From NCBI GenBank assembly GCA_040386355.1, contig JAZKFP010000029.1, forward strand, positions 1 to 50,393: a DNA stretch of 50,393 bases. The letters are read 5' to 3'. Origin of the DNA: Pseudomonadota bacterium (lineage in GTDB: Bacteria; Pseudomonadota; Gammaproteobacteria; Pseudomonadales; UBA6940). The notes under the pieces are model-generated. The model saw only the letters and a program-made list of their open reading frames with translations, ran no database searches and was not told the origin of the DNA. Positions 37,865-49,722 of this stretch are shown here, in pieces. Positions within the stretch are counted from its first letter, which is position 1; every line of letters starts with the position of its first letter. Position numbers and translations under genes: made by a program.

Positions 37865-38719
37865 GGGCGTGTCGTCAGTTAAGCAAGATAGTGACAGCCG
37901 CCAAATGAATCGCCCCTAAAAAATTTTGCGCGGTTTTATCGTACCGCGTAGCAATCGCTCTAAATTGTTTTAATTTACAAAAAAAATTCTCAATTAAATG
38001 CCGCGCTTTGTATAAAACTTTATCGTGCAGTTTCGGATCAATACTATTTTTCTTCGCCGGAATAACAGCATGAATACCACGGTGCTTTAACGGCTCAATC
38101 ACTTTCTCAAACGCATAATAGGCTTTGTCCGCAAGCACCGCGTTGGCTTTTATCGACGGCAACAATGTTGTTGCACCATGAACATCGTGCACCGCTCCAG
38201 CCGTCAAATAAAATCCCGTCGGATTTCCCAACGCATCACACGTGCTATGAATCTTTGTACTTAATCCGCCAGCGCTGCGTCCAATAGCTTGAGCATCTTT
38301 TTCTTTTTTTTCGCTCCCGCACTGTGCTGATGGGCACGCACAATCGTACTGTCAATCATCGCGTACTCATTATCCGCATCAAGAGATAACTGGGTGAATA
38401 TCTTTTTCCAAACCCCCGATTCAGCCCACCGGCTGTGACGCCTGTGAATATTCTTCCAATCCCCAAAACGCTCCGGTACATCACGCCACGCACACCCAGA
38501 ACGGTACCGATATAAAACCGCTTCAATAAACAAACGATTATTATTCGCTCGACCTCCCACGTGGCCTTCGCGTCCAGGCAATAATCCTTCAATCTTGATC
38601 CATTGATCATCTCGTAATCCGTAGCGTCTTCCTGACATACATCACTCCAGCTTTTATTCGAAGCCAGTCTTACACCATATTTTTAGACAATTTGCAAATG
38701 CCTATCTGACGACACGCCC
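37865..38719 (-). mobile_element. IS5-family (IS427-group-like) insertion sequence, apparently intact
   Basis: Perfect 14-bp TIRs GGGCGTGTCGTCAG flanked by TA on both sides. Confidence 0.93.
37875..38638 (-). CDS. IS5-family transposase in two ORFs joined by a -1 frameshift
   Basis: OrfA (IDSTIVRAHQHSAGAKK) and OrfB (GRSAGGLSTKIH, LADKAY, RHLIENFF, IATRYDK) overlap at an A8G slippery run near 38303-38311. Confidence 0.9.
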
Positions 38720-38736
38720 TAATAAAGCATAAAGTA

Positions 38737-39018
38737 TATGAAAAAATTTTAGACACATTGAATTGTAGAATTTATTCTACGAATTTATATTGCTCGAAAG
38801 AGTATGAAACAAACGAAAATCTAAATAAATTGATTCGGCTGTATTTTCCAAAAGGATCTGACTTAAATAGAATAAATGAAAAAGTACAGTAAGTGATGCA
38901 TCCTTTAAATAATCAACTGTCAAAAGCACGTGTTCATGATAATGCCGAATGAATTATTCTATGGGTAGCAAAGAAAATATCTCACAGCATGACCAACTGC
39001 ACTTATTTTGTAAATCTG
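38737..39018 (+). pseudogene. Degenerate IS30-family transposase 3' remnant and right end
   Basis: YEKILDTLNCRIY...ETNENLNKLIRLYFPKGSDL aligns with HEKIAKAIECDFY...LNENTNGLIRQYFPKQTDF of the 44.2-kb copy; tgcacttattttgtaaatctg resembles its right IR. Confidence 0.75.
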
Positions 39019-39304
39019 AATTTTAAAAAGTAATTAATCGTAAATTTTCATCCACTACCAATCAAATATCATTTGAATTCTTCAGTTTTTCGTATTTCCA
39101 ATTTAAATATTTTCTCCAAAATAAGCTTAATCTGCCTTTGATGCATAAATTCATCGAATAATAACATTCCGTCACCTTAACAAAGTATATAAGATTTCAT
39201 AGGTTAATTGGCTTTAAAGACTTAGGCACGACATTCACATATTTTTTGCTTTATCAGGATTAGCAGAACCATTAGCTAATATTTAAGTATTTTTAGGTGC
39301 AATT

Positions 39305-42300
39305 ATGAGTATTAAAAAAAATACAAATAAAAAAATACTGAGAAAATTTTCAATTTTGTTTTTTCTTTGTGGAATTTCGGTTTCAACATTTGCGAATGCA
39401 AATGCAGCCTTAACTTGTGAAGTTGGTAAAGTTTTATTTTATCAAAAAAGATTTAATATATCGGAAATTAAAATCAAAAATAATAGTTTATTACCAATTT
39501 CGAATTGGCAAATAAGTCTCACGTTTCAAACTAAAATTTATCCCACATCGGTTAAATTATTTCATGGTGCGCGAAAAGGTGACTACTCTATTTTACTTTC
39601 GGGAAAAGGAGTGCACAAGACAATCGATAGTAATGAATCTTTAATTGGTGGATTGCGAGGTCACTTTCAAGGCCCATTAAACGAGCCTACATGTGCCATT
39701 GTGAGTCCGGCACCTGTATCAAATGTTCCTGCACCAACATTATCTCCAACGCCGACTGTAACTCCAACGCCGACTGTAACTCCAACGCCGACTGTAACTC
39801 CAACGCCAACAGTGATGCCAACCTCTGTACCGACAGTTCCAACACCTGTGCCAACAGTTATGCCGACAGTTATGCCGACAGTTATGCCGACAGTAGCCCC
39901 AACGCCTGCGCCAACAGCTATGCCGACAGTAGCCCCAACGCCTGCGCCAACAGCTATGCCGACAGTAGCCCCAACACCTGCACCAACAGTTATGCCGACA
40001 GTAGCCCCAACACCAGTTCCGACTGTGATGCCGACAGTAGCCCCAACACCAGTTCCGACTGTGATGCCAACACCAATTGGAAATATTTCAAATGGTGTAT
40101 ATGTAATATATTCATTGTTTAGCAACAAAACGTTAGATGCTTCAAATCAAACCAATAATGTACATCAATGGGCAGCACACGGGGAAAGCAATCAAAGTTG
40201 GAAGGTAACTCAAATAAATAGTGATTTATACCAATTTGAGAACGTTAAACATCGCGACTGTTTGCATGTTGCAAATGGAAGTTATGAAAATGGTGCCAAT
40301 ATTCAAAGAGAGCCATGTTCAGTTGCAAAGTTAGAGCAGATTTTCCGTATTGAGCCTAAGGATAATGGAACCTATGCAATCGTAAATAATGAAACAAATA
40401 AAGTGGTTGACGTTTCATGGAATCACAATGGACCGTCTATGTTAGATGGGCAAAATATTCATCAATGGATTTATGTAGGAATAGCGAATCAAAAATGGAA
40501 ATTTGAAAAAGTTTCTGATGTTAATCCAGGCTTACCGACACCTGTGCCAACGGTAGCTCCAACGCCTTCACCAACGGTAATGCCAACGGTAGCACCGACA
40601 CCTGCACCAACGGTAATGCCAACGGTAGCGCCGACACCTGCACCAACTGTAATGCCGACACCTGCACCAACGGTAATGCCAACGGTAGCACCGACACCTG
40701 CACCAACTGTAATGCCGACACCTGCACCAACGGTAATGCCAACGGTAGCTCCAACGCCTTCACCAACGGTGATGCCGACAGTAGCGCCAACGCCTTCACC
40801 AACGGTGATGCCGACAGTAGCGCCAACGCCTGTGCCAACGGTAGCACCGACACCTGCACCGACAGTAGCCCCAACCCCTAACGCAACTGTAATTCAAGCA
40901 AAAATTGCTCAGGGTAAAGTTGAATTTGATAAGCAATGTGCAGTTTGCCATGGAGCTGGGGCAATCTCTGCCATACAAATCTATAGCCTTGAAGGTGTAA
41001 AACAAAAAACATTTGCTGAAGTACAGAACAAAATTTTGCTAACGATGCCTTTTGGTAATCCAAATGCATGCGGCGTAGAATGTTCTGAAGTTGCTGCATA
41101 CTACGTAATGAGCATTCATAATCCAGCTGCTATAGGTCAAAATCCTGCGCCCGCACCAACGCCCACTCCAGTAGCCACTCCAATTCCATTAAGTTTTAAA
41201 AATGTAAATGCTCCACTACTCAGAATGACACGGCCGCAATTAAATAATACTTTATCTGATTTGATAGGTTCACCTGTTGCGATTGCTGAAAACTATATTC
41301 CTGCTGATTCGGTTTTCGGAATATTTCCATCAAATATAACTAGCGTCGGGGAAGGCGTATTTGATAGGTATCATGATTTAGCTGAAGCTGCTAGCCGATT
41401 GGCAGTGGCCAAGCTGAATACATTGTTACCGTGCCCAAAATCTGAGGGAGTAAATTGCGCAAAAGAATTTATTGAAAGCTTTGGTATGCGAGCTCTTAAA
41501 AGACCTCTAACTGCAAATCAAGTAACACGTTATTTGGAAATATTTTCTGCTCAAAACAATTTTGATTTGGGTGTTGAACATATGCTTACAGCATTGTTTC
41601 AATCGCCATATTTTATTTATCACATTGAATTAGGTTCTGGGGCTGTCAATAACCAAACACAATCAGTTCCACTTACTAATTTTGAATTAGCCTCACGCCT
41701 TTCCTATTTTTTAACAGGGGCGGCTCCAGATCAAATTTTGTTAACAGCGGCAGCTCAAGGACAGTTAAATAATGCTGCTGGTTTACGGCAACAGGCAGAA
41801 CGATTATTAGCAAATCCAAAAGTTCGCAAGCAGCTCGCAAATTTTCATAATGAACTATTTAAATTACAAACTTTAAATAGTACAAACAGTGGTGCGCCCA
41901 ACAGTGCATTAATTGGGGCCATGGCTTTAGAAACCGAAAACTTTGTATCCGATATTATTTTAAATAATAAAGGGTTTAAAGAATTGATGACGCAGACAAC
42001 TTCCTACCCTCAAGCCAATTTATGGCCAATCTACAATATTAATCCGAATCAACCTGCGAATACTCCAATTGAAATTGGCCGAGCTGGAATATTGTCACAA
42101 GCCGCATTTCTATCAGCTTATTCATTGAATGCACAAACGAATCCAGTGAAACGTGGTGCGTTAGTTCTTAAAAATTTACTCTGTCAAAATCTTGCACCAC
42201 CTGATAATGCAAATGCAGTTGCAGCGGCTAATCAAGCACGTTCAACTTTTGATACAGCTCGAGATTGGCTTGAGACTTCCGTTAAAGGGCCTGCATGTGA

Positions 42301-42661
42301 TGGCTGTCATCAAAAAATTAATCCAGTTGGATTGGTATTTGAAAAATTTGATGGGACTGGAAAAGCGCGTACTTTGGAAAATGGCAACCCGATTAGTACG
42401 CAAGGCTCGGTACCTAGTATTCCAGGTCTGAACGAGGTATTTGAAGATAGTGATAATTTTCTTGCAACTATTTCTGAGCTACCCGCCGCAAACGATTGCT
42501 ATGCCAAACAATGGATGGATTATGCGCTGGGATATTCTTCAACAACTGCAGATGCTTATAGTGTTCAGCAAATCCAAAATACTTTTAAAGAAAATAATGA
42601 AATTCGAGAATTATTAATCAACATTGTTCTTTCGCGATCATTTGGCTCTAAATCAATTTAA
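39305..42661 (+). CDS. Secreted modular protein: CBM2-like, Pro/Thr linker, ricin-B lectin, Pro/Thr linker, cytochrome c, DUF1587/1595/1592/1588/1585-type block
   Basis: Signal peptide, QxW repeats (HQW, QSW, QKW), CAVCH...MP, RMTRPQLNNTLSDL, FGMRALKRPL, QSPYFIY, ELASRLSYFL, PVKRG...LLC, CDGCH..INPVG..FE.FD..G. Confidence 0.85.
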   Translation: MSIKKNTNKKILRKFSILFFLCGISVSTFANANAALTCEVGKVLFYQKRFNISEIKIKNNSLLPISNWQISLTFQTKIYPTSVKLFHGARKGDYSILLSGKGVHKTIDSNESLIGGLRGHFQGPLNEPTCAIVSPAPVSNVPAPTLSPTPTVTPTPTVTPTPTVTPTPTVMPTSVPTVPTPVPTVMPTVMPTVMPTVAPTPAPTAMPTVAPTPAPTAMPTVAPTPAPTVMPTVAPTPVPTVMPTVAPTPVPTVMPTPIGNISNGVYVIYSLFSNKTLDASNQTNNVHQWAAHGESNQSWKVTQINSDLYQFENVKHRDCLHVANGSYENGANIQREPCSVAKLEQIFRIEPKDNGTYAIVNNETNKVVDVSWNHNGPSMLDGQNIHQWIYVGIANQKWKFEKVSDVNPGLPTPVPTVAPTPSPTVMPTVAPTPAPTVMPTVAPTPAPTVMPTPAPTVMPTVAPTPAPTVMPTPAPTVMPTVAPTPSPTVMPTVAPTPSPTVMPTVAPTPVPTVAPTPAPTVAPTPNATVIQAKIAQGKVEFDKQCAVCHGAGAISAIQIYSLEGVKQKTFAEVQNKILLTMPFGNPNACGVECSEVAAYYVMSIHNPAAIGQNPAPAPTPTPVATPIPLSFKNVNAPLLRMTRPQLNNTLSDLIGSPVAIAENYIPADSVFGIFPSNITSVGEGVFDRYHDLAEAASRLAVAKLNTLLPCPKSEGVNCAKEFIESFGMRALKRPLTANQVTRYLEIFSAQNNFDLGVEHMLTALFQSPYFIYHIELGSGAVNNQTQSVPLTNFELASRLSYFLTGAAPDQILLTAAAQGQLNNAAGLRQQAERLLANPKVRKQLANFHNELFKLQTLNSTNSGAPNSALIGAMALETENFVSDIILNNKGFKELMTQTTSYPQANLWPIYNINPNQPANTPIEIGRAGILSQAAFLSAYSLNAQTNPVKRGALVLKNLLCQNLAPPDNANAVAAANQARSTFDTARDWLETSVKGPACDGCHQKINPVGLVFEKFDGTGKARTLENGNPISTQGSVPSIPGLNEVFEDSDNFLATISELPAANDCYAKQWMDYALGYSSTTADAYSVQQIQNTFKENNEIRELLINIVLSRSFGSKSI
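39700..40075 (+). repeat. Coding tandem repeats, Pro/Thr linker 1
   Basis: 18-nt ccaacgccgactgtaact x3, 12-nt PTVM units and 36-nt PTVAPTPAPTxM units. Confidence 0.95.
40535..40885 (+). repeat. Coding tandem repeats, Pro/Thr linker 2
   Basis: Repeated PTVMPTVAPTP(A/S) units. Confidence 0.95.
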
Positions 42662-42697
42662 TACATTTGAACGAATTACATGTTGTCGGAGTTGAAA

Positions 42698-44101
42698 ATG
42701 TCTAAAGGTAAAAAATCTGAATATAACGCAATTAGTGATTTCCGTCGTAGAGAATTTTTGAAGAAATTAGGTTTAGGCGTTTCTGCAAGTATGTTACTGC
42801 CTTTTATTCCAGTGCTAAGTGCCTCTGGCGCTGAGTGCCCGATTGGTAAAAGACTTATTATTTTTTATACAGGTGATGGTAATAACGGATATAACTGGGA
42901 GCCAAACGGAACAGGTGCTAATTTCCAATTAAGCAATGTTCATGAAGCGCTAAACCCTCATAAATCCAGCCTAACTTTATTAGTTGGTATGGAAAATGTG
43001 CGGGGTGGACCTGGTGATGGTCATATTCAAGCCGGTGCATCCATGTGGACTGCGTCACAAGCCACAGATGCTCCAGCAGGAATTTCAGATGCAATAGTTA
43101 AAGATCCAGATAGTAATGGTCGTGGTTATTACGCGAATACACCTTCTATTGATCAAACAATTGCAAATGGAGTGGCCTGTTATGGTGATAGCCCAAGAAA
43201 ATCGTATCATTTGGGAGTTAATATTGGTGCTGAACGAACTAGAACACGTGTTTTTCAACAGGGAAATAGAATTCCTACGCACGTAGAAACAAATATAAAT
43301 GGGATTTTAAAAGATTTATTTCCATCAGATTTACCAAGCATGCCTGGTAGCGCTTTAGGTTATCGAGAAAAAATATTCGATACAGTTTTATTCGAATTAG
43401 AATCCATTAAAAATCTTGCTCCAGCAGCAGACCGTCCAAAATTTGACCAGCACATTACTGCGTTGCAATCGAGTCGACAACGACTCGAAACTGAATCACC
43501 TCCTACAAATACTAATACGTGCCAATCACCAGTAATTGATACCAGCAACTGGAACGGACTTGAGCACGATAGACAATTAAAAATTATGATCCCGCTTGCA
43601 GTAAATGCAATGGCTTGTGATCGCACCAAAATCATGTGTTTTCAACTCAATCATTCGCAAAATGATTCGGATGATTCTGACAAAACCCCTTTGCGAATTG
43701 CAGGTGATGGAAATAACTACTCTGCATATTCTGGATTCGTTCATGGAGAACAACACGGTGGAAATACTTTAAATATCGACAGATTTTATTCATCCATGTT
43801 TGCATTGTTGCTGCAAAAATTAAAAGAAGTTCCTGAAGGCAATGGAACAATGCTCGATAACACATTAGTAGTTTGGTCTAGGGATTTAGCAAATGGTTCA
43901 GGTCACGGCTCTAGCCCCATTCAAACCGTGCTTGCAGGTTCTGCAGGGGGACAAATTCAAACTGGACGCGTAATCAATGTCAATAATGAACCTAATGCAA
44001 AATTGTTTGTGAGCATGGGACGGTTAATGGGCATGCAAAATTTTAACAGCTTTGGAAATCTGCGTGGAAATTCTGGAGCATTAACGCAATTTTTTAGTTA
44101 A
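42698..44101 (+). CDS. DUF1552-family protein with twin-arginine (Tat) signal
   Basis: RRREFLKKLG, SIDQTIA, AMACDRTK, H...H, EGNGTMLDNTLVVW and NGSGH motifs; GGAG RBS before ATG 42698. Confidence 0.88.
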   Translation: MSKGKKSEYNAISDFRRREFLKKLGLGVSASMLLPFIPVLSASGAECPIGKRLIIFYTGDGNNGYNWEPNGTGANFQLSNVHEALNPHKSSLTLLVGMENVRGGPGDGHIQAGASMWTASQATDAPAGISDAIVKDPDSNGRGYYANTPSIDQTIANGVACYGDSPRKSYHLGVNIGAERTRTRVFQQGNRIPTHVETNINGILKDLFPSDLPSMPGSALGYREKIFDTVLFELESIKNLAPAADRPKFDQHITALQSSRQRLETESPPTNTNTCQSPVIDTSNWNGLEHDRQLKIMIPLAVNAMACDRTKIMCFQLNHSQNDSDDSDKTPLRIAGDGNNYSAYSGFVHGEQHGGNTLNIDRFYSSMFALLLQKLKEVPEGNGTMLDNTLVVWSRDLANGSGHGSSPIQTVLAGSAGGQIQTGRVINVNNEPNAKLFVSMGRLMGMQNFNSFGNLRGNSGALTQFFS

Positions 44102-44130
44102 TAATTTGATTTGGTTTTATAGCGTCTCTT

Positions 44131-45223
44131 GGATTCAACTCTGAAGTGCATAACTCAACCTGAGTAGAGAAGTTGGTCAGCTGCCTGTAGTCTGATCGAT
44201 TTTTCTCCGGCAAGAGATTATGAGATGAGACGATACAATCAACTGACCTACGAACAACGATGCCAGATTGAAGTGTTAAATAAAAGCTATTTTACGCACG
44301 CTGCGATCGCGCAAGCGATGGGTGTTCATCAATCTACCATTTCCCGAGAATTACAGCGCAACACAGGATTACGTGGATATCGTCATGATCAAGCCCAGCG
44401 CCGAACGTGCACACGCCGTCGAGCGACACACCTGTGCGTAAAAATGACAGACTCATTTATCGATGAAATTGAAGATAAGCTATATCAGCGCTGGAGTCCG
44501 GAACAAATCAGTGGCTGGTTCAAAACAGAGAAAAATATTCGCATCAGTCATGAGCGCATCTATCAATACATTTGGAATAATAAATACGACGGTGGTGATT
44601 TACACGCGTATTTAAGACGTCGTGGTAAAAAATACCAATTCCGCGGCAGCAATGGTAAAACCAGCCGAGGCCAGATTAAAAACCGAGTGAGCATTGATCA
44701 ACGTCCCAAGATTGTGGAAGAAAAAACGCAGATAGGGCATTGGGAAATTGACACGATGATTGGCAAAAACCATAGCGGTGCCTTGGTAACGATTGTGGAA
44801 CGCGTTACGCGATTTACGGTGTCAACGCGCGTGAATCGTAAAGATGCGCAAGGCGTTTGTGCTGCAACCATTCGATTGCTTTTACCTTACAAAGATCAGG
44901 TGTTGACGATTACGTCAGACAATGGAAAAGAATTTGCGTACCATGAGAAAATAGCCAAGGCCATAGAGTGTGATTTTTATTTTGCGCATCCGTATCATTC
45001 GCGGGAGCGCGGATTAAATGAAAATACTAACGGATTAATTAGGCAATATTTTCCAAAACAAACGGATTTTAAAAAAGTCAGTCAGAGAGAAGTAGTTCAG
45101 GCAATTGAGGCATTAAATAATTGGCCTAGAAAAGTGTTGGGCTTTAATACACCGAATGATGTAATGCAAAAATATAAGGTGGCACAAGCTGCTTAATCCG
45201 TTATGCACTTCACTGTTGAATCT
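44131..45223 (+). mobile_element. IS30-family insertion sequence
   Basis: Imperfect 24-bp IRs ggattcaactctgaagtgcataac / gttatgcacttcactgttgaatct; exact ends uncertain by a few nt. Confidence 0.9.
44225..45196 (+). CDS. IS30-family transposase
   Basis: STISRELQRN, WSPEQIS, GHWEIDT, SDNGKEF and NENTNGLIRQYFPK motifs. Confidence 0.96.
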   Translation: MRRYNQLTYEQRCQIEVLNKSYFTHAAIAQAMGVHQSTISRELQRNTGLRGYRHDQAQRRTCTRRRATHLCVKMTDSFIDEIEDKLYQRWSPEQISGWFKTEKNIRISHERIYQYIWNNKYDGGDLHAYLRRRGKKYQFRGSNGKTSRGQIKNRVSIDQRPKIVEEKTQIGHWEIDTMIGKNHSGALVTIVERVTRFTVSTRVNRKDAQGVCAATIRLLLPYKDQVLTITSDNGKEFAYHEKIAKAIECDFYFAHPYHSRERGLNENTNGLIRQYFPKQTDFKKVSQREVVQAIEALNNWPRKVLGFNTPNDVMQKYKVAQAA

Positions 45224-45318
45224 GCGATAAATAATTAAAAATTATTCGTAATTAATCGAACCTAGCTAGCGAATTCAAATAGTAAGCTTATTACATTAAG
45301 ATCACCAGTTACTATGAT

Positions 45319-45762
45319 CTATTGGTTTTCGACAAGAGTTTTCAGATCTTCTAATGCTTGCGGCCAACTTTTATCAAACATGTCTAAAAAATCTTTGTGC
45401 GTATGCATTTCAATGGATAACGTTGTTTGACTATTTTTTTCATTAAAACGATAAATCTCGCGGGAGCCTACCCATTTCTCTGTCATCTCACCCGTTGTTT
45501 CTTGTACTAAATCTTTGGTAAGTGTTGCAATATGCACTGCATCGACAATTACGTAAGGTTTCAACTCCTCAAAACGCGCAATGGTTCCACCCATAGCTGG
45601 ATCGATAAACATCATCTCAGCCCCTTGCTTCCATTCACCTTGGAATTGCGAATTAGGAGAAAAGGCTTTAGTCCATAATGCATATCGATTTGGATCGATC
45701 ATGGTTTCCCATACGATTTTCGCAGGAGCAGAGATAGTGATTCCGTAGTATAGAGTTTGCAT
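45319..45762 (-). CDS. SRPBCC/START-like domain protein
   Basis: ITISAPAKIVWETM...W and C-terminal WPQALEDLKTLVE helix. Confidence 0.85.
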   Translation of the reverse strand: MQTLYYGITISAPAKIVWETMIDPNRYALWTKAFSPNSQFQGEWKQGAEMMFIDPAMGGTIARFEELKPYVIVDAVHIATLTKDLVQETTGEMTEKWVGSREIYRFNEKNSQTTLSIEMHTHKDFLDMFDKSWPQALEDLKTLVENQ

Positions 45763-45986
45763 AACAAAGTTCTTCTATAATTCATTTCGTATTTAGTGCA
45801 ACTTTTAGTGTAAAAAGTTCTATACGATTTTTTATAGTAAAACGTTATTTGAAAATGATGTTGAGTGAAAATTTAATTAACAATCTTATTATGAGAAATT
45901 TTTTTTCATATATCTTGAGTCATAAAATACTATGGCTCCTATAGTACTGTTCAACCTATGGGCAGTAGCTTCAATAAGATTTTTAG

Positions 45987-48179
<2,193 letters not shown>

Positions 48180-48190
48180 AGAAGTTAGTT

Positions 48191-48215
48191 GACGCGTCTT
48201 TTTGAAAGACGTGTC
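48191..48215 (+). terminator. Stem-loop after katG
   Basis: gacgcgtcttt / aaagacgtgtc. Confidence 0.55.
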
Positions 48216-48229
48216 CTCTGTAAAATGAT

Positions 48230-48253
48230 CTAGGGGCTAATAATTATTCGCCC
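48230..48253 (+). repeat. Solo degenerate REP hairpin
   Basis: ctaggggctaataattattcgccc, two mismatches from the 671-694 copy. Confidence 0.75.
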
Positions 48254-48330
48254 GCTTTTAAAATATTGCATGCATATTCAGTGCTTGACATTCAAATCGG
48301 TTGGATAAATTTCTCTTACTTAAGCTTAAC

Positions 48331-48423
48331 AACGTGTCGATAAAATCCAAAAATATCGACACGTTTTCTTGTTATGTCGATGGGATCGACATAAGCTTGT
48401 TAATATTCTTACATATGTCGATA
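48331..48423. repeat. TGTCGAT/ATCGACA motif array upstream of Fic gene
   Basis: Inverted pairs 48331-48342/48354-48365 and 48372-48381/48385-48394, plus a fifth half-site at 48414-48423. Confidence 0.85.
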
Positions 48424-48441
48424 TTTTGCCGGAATCTAAAC

Positions 48442-49557
48442 ATGACATGGCGCCCCGATAAACCTTACAACAAGCTACCTATTTTGCCTCCACAACTGGA
48501 AGTGATTGAAAATTCTACCATTTTAAAAACTTGCATCGATGCACGGGTAGCATTAGCTGAATTAAAGCAAGCGGGGAAATTGCTTCCTAATCAAGGATTA
48601 TTAATTAATCTTTTGCCATTGCTAGAAGCAAAAGATAGCTCTGAAATCGAAAATATTGTTACCACAACAGACAAACTCTTTCAGTATTCAGAAGAAGATA
48701 GCGGTGCAGATGCTAATACAAAAGAAGCATTACGTTACAGCACCGCGTTAAAAGAGGGGTTTATCCATTTACGTAAGAAACCATTATGTACTGCTACGGC
48801 AATTGAAATCTGTAGCACGCTGAAAGGTCGTGAAATGGAAATTCGAAAAATTCCCGGAACTGTTATCAGTAATCAGATAACAGGCGAAACTATTTATACA
48901 CCTCCCATGGGTGAATCTGTTATTCGAGATTTGTTAGGTAATTGGGAACAGTTTATTCATGCAAAAGACAATATAGACCCATTAATAAAAATGGCTGTCA
49001 GTCATTATCAGTTTGAAGCTATCCATCCTTTTCATGATGGCAATGGTCGTACTGGAAGAATTCTAAATATTCTTTATCTGATTCAAGAAGATTTATTAAC
49101 CTTACCTATTCTTTATCTCAGTCGTTTTATTATGCAAAACAAAGCACATTATTATGCGATGTTAAATCAAGTCACTAAAGAGGGAGTATGGATAGATTGG
49201 ATTTTATTTATGCTTATCGGTGTAAAACATACAGCGCAATGGACAAACAATAAAATCACTGCTATTCGAGAGTTAATTGAAAATACCACCTATTTTATAA
49301 AACATAAACTACCAAAAATTTATAGCTATGAATTAATTCAGATTATTTTTGAACAACCCTATTGTCGTATTCATAATTTAATTAAACGTAATATCGCAAA
49401 ACGTCAAACCGCATCGGTGTACTTAAAACAGCTTGCAGATATTGGTGTGTTGCAAGAATTAGTTTTTGGTAAAGAAAAGGTGTTTGTACATCCAAAGTTA
49501 ATGCAGTTAATGACGCAAGAAAAGAATGAAGTAATTTATTATCCTGAATCAAAATAA
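48442..49557 (+). CDS. fic: Protein adenylyltransferase Fic (SoFic-like)
   Basis: MTWRPDKPYNKLP start, EAKDSSEIENIVTT, HPFHDGNGRTGR and AKRQTASVYLKQL wHTH. Confidence 0.94.
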   Translation: MTWRPDKPYNKLPILPPQLEVIENSTILKTCIDARVALAELKQAGKLLPNQGLLINLLPLLEAKDSSEIENIVTTTDKLFQYSEEDSGADANTKEALRYSTALKEGFIHLRKKPLCTATAIEICSTLKGREMEIRKIPGTVISNQITGETIYTPPMGESVIRDLLGNWEQFIHAKDNIDPLIKMAVSHYQFEAIHPFHDGNGRTGRILNILYLIQEDLLTLPILYLSRFIMQNKAHYYAMLNQVTKEGVWIDWILFMLIGVKHTAQWTNNKITAIRELIENTTYFIKHKLPKIYSYELIQIIFEQPYCRIHNLIKRNIAKRQTASVYLKQLADIGVLQELVFGKEKVFVHPKLMQLMTQEKNEVIYYPESK

Positions 49558-49722
49558 ATAGTTTATTTAAAAGACGGATTCGTATAGTAAGTGCAATCGC
49601 AAGACAAGTTCGAACAGGCAACACAGCGTGTGTAAAAAAGATCAGTATGAACGCCTAAATCTCATTCATTACGGATATAACATGCGGCACGCTTTTCTAC
49701 GTAAAACGAAAATGGGGTTTTT

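Noticed and set aside
38261-38320. IS5 transposase as a frameshifted pseudogene
   Set aside because: The A8G slippery run at the usual OrfA/OrfB junction and the perfect TIRs fit programmed frameshifting.
39667-40874. Repetitive alternative-frame ORFs (VGAGVGAT..., NADCNS..., LPLALPLVQ...)
   Set aside because: They are shadows of the Pro/Thr linker repeats in the 39305-42661 gene.
39700-40885. Possible CRISPR array from periodic 36-nt repeats
   Set aside because: The repeats are in-frame coding units with synonymous variation, no unique spacers and no cas genes.
48301-48441. 47-aa N-terminal extension of the last Fic ORF
   Set aside because: It spans the palindromic motif array, and the family-like sequence starts at ATG 48442.
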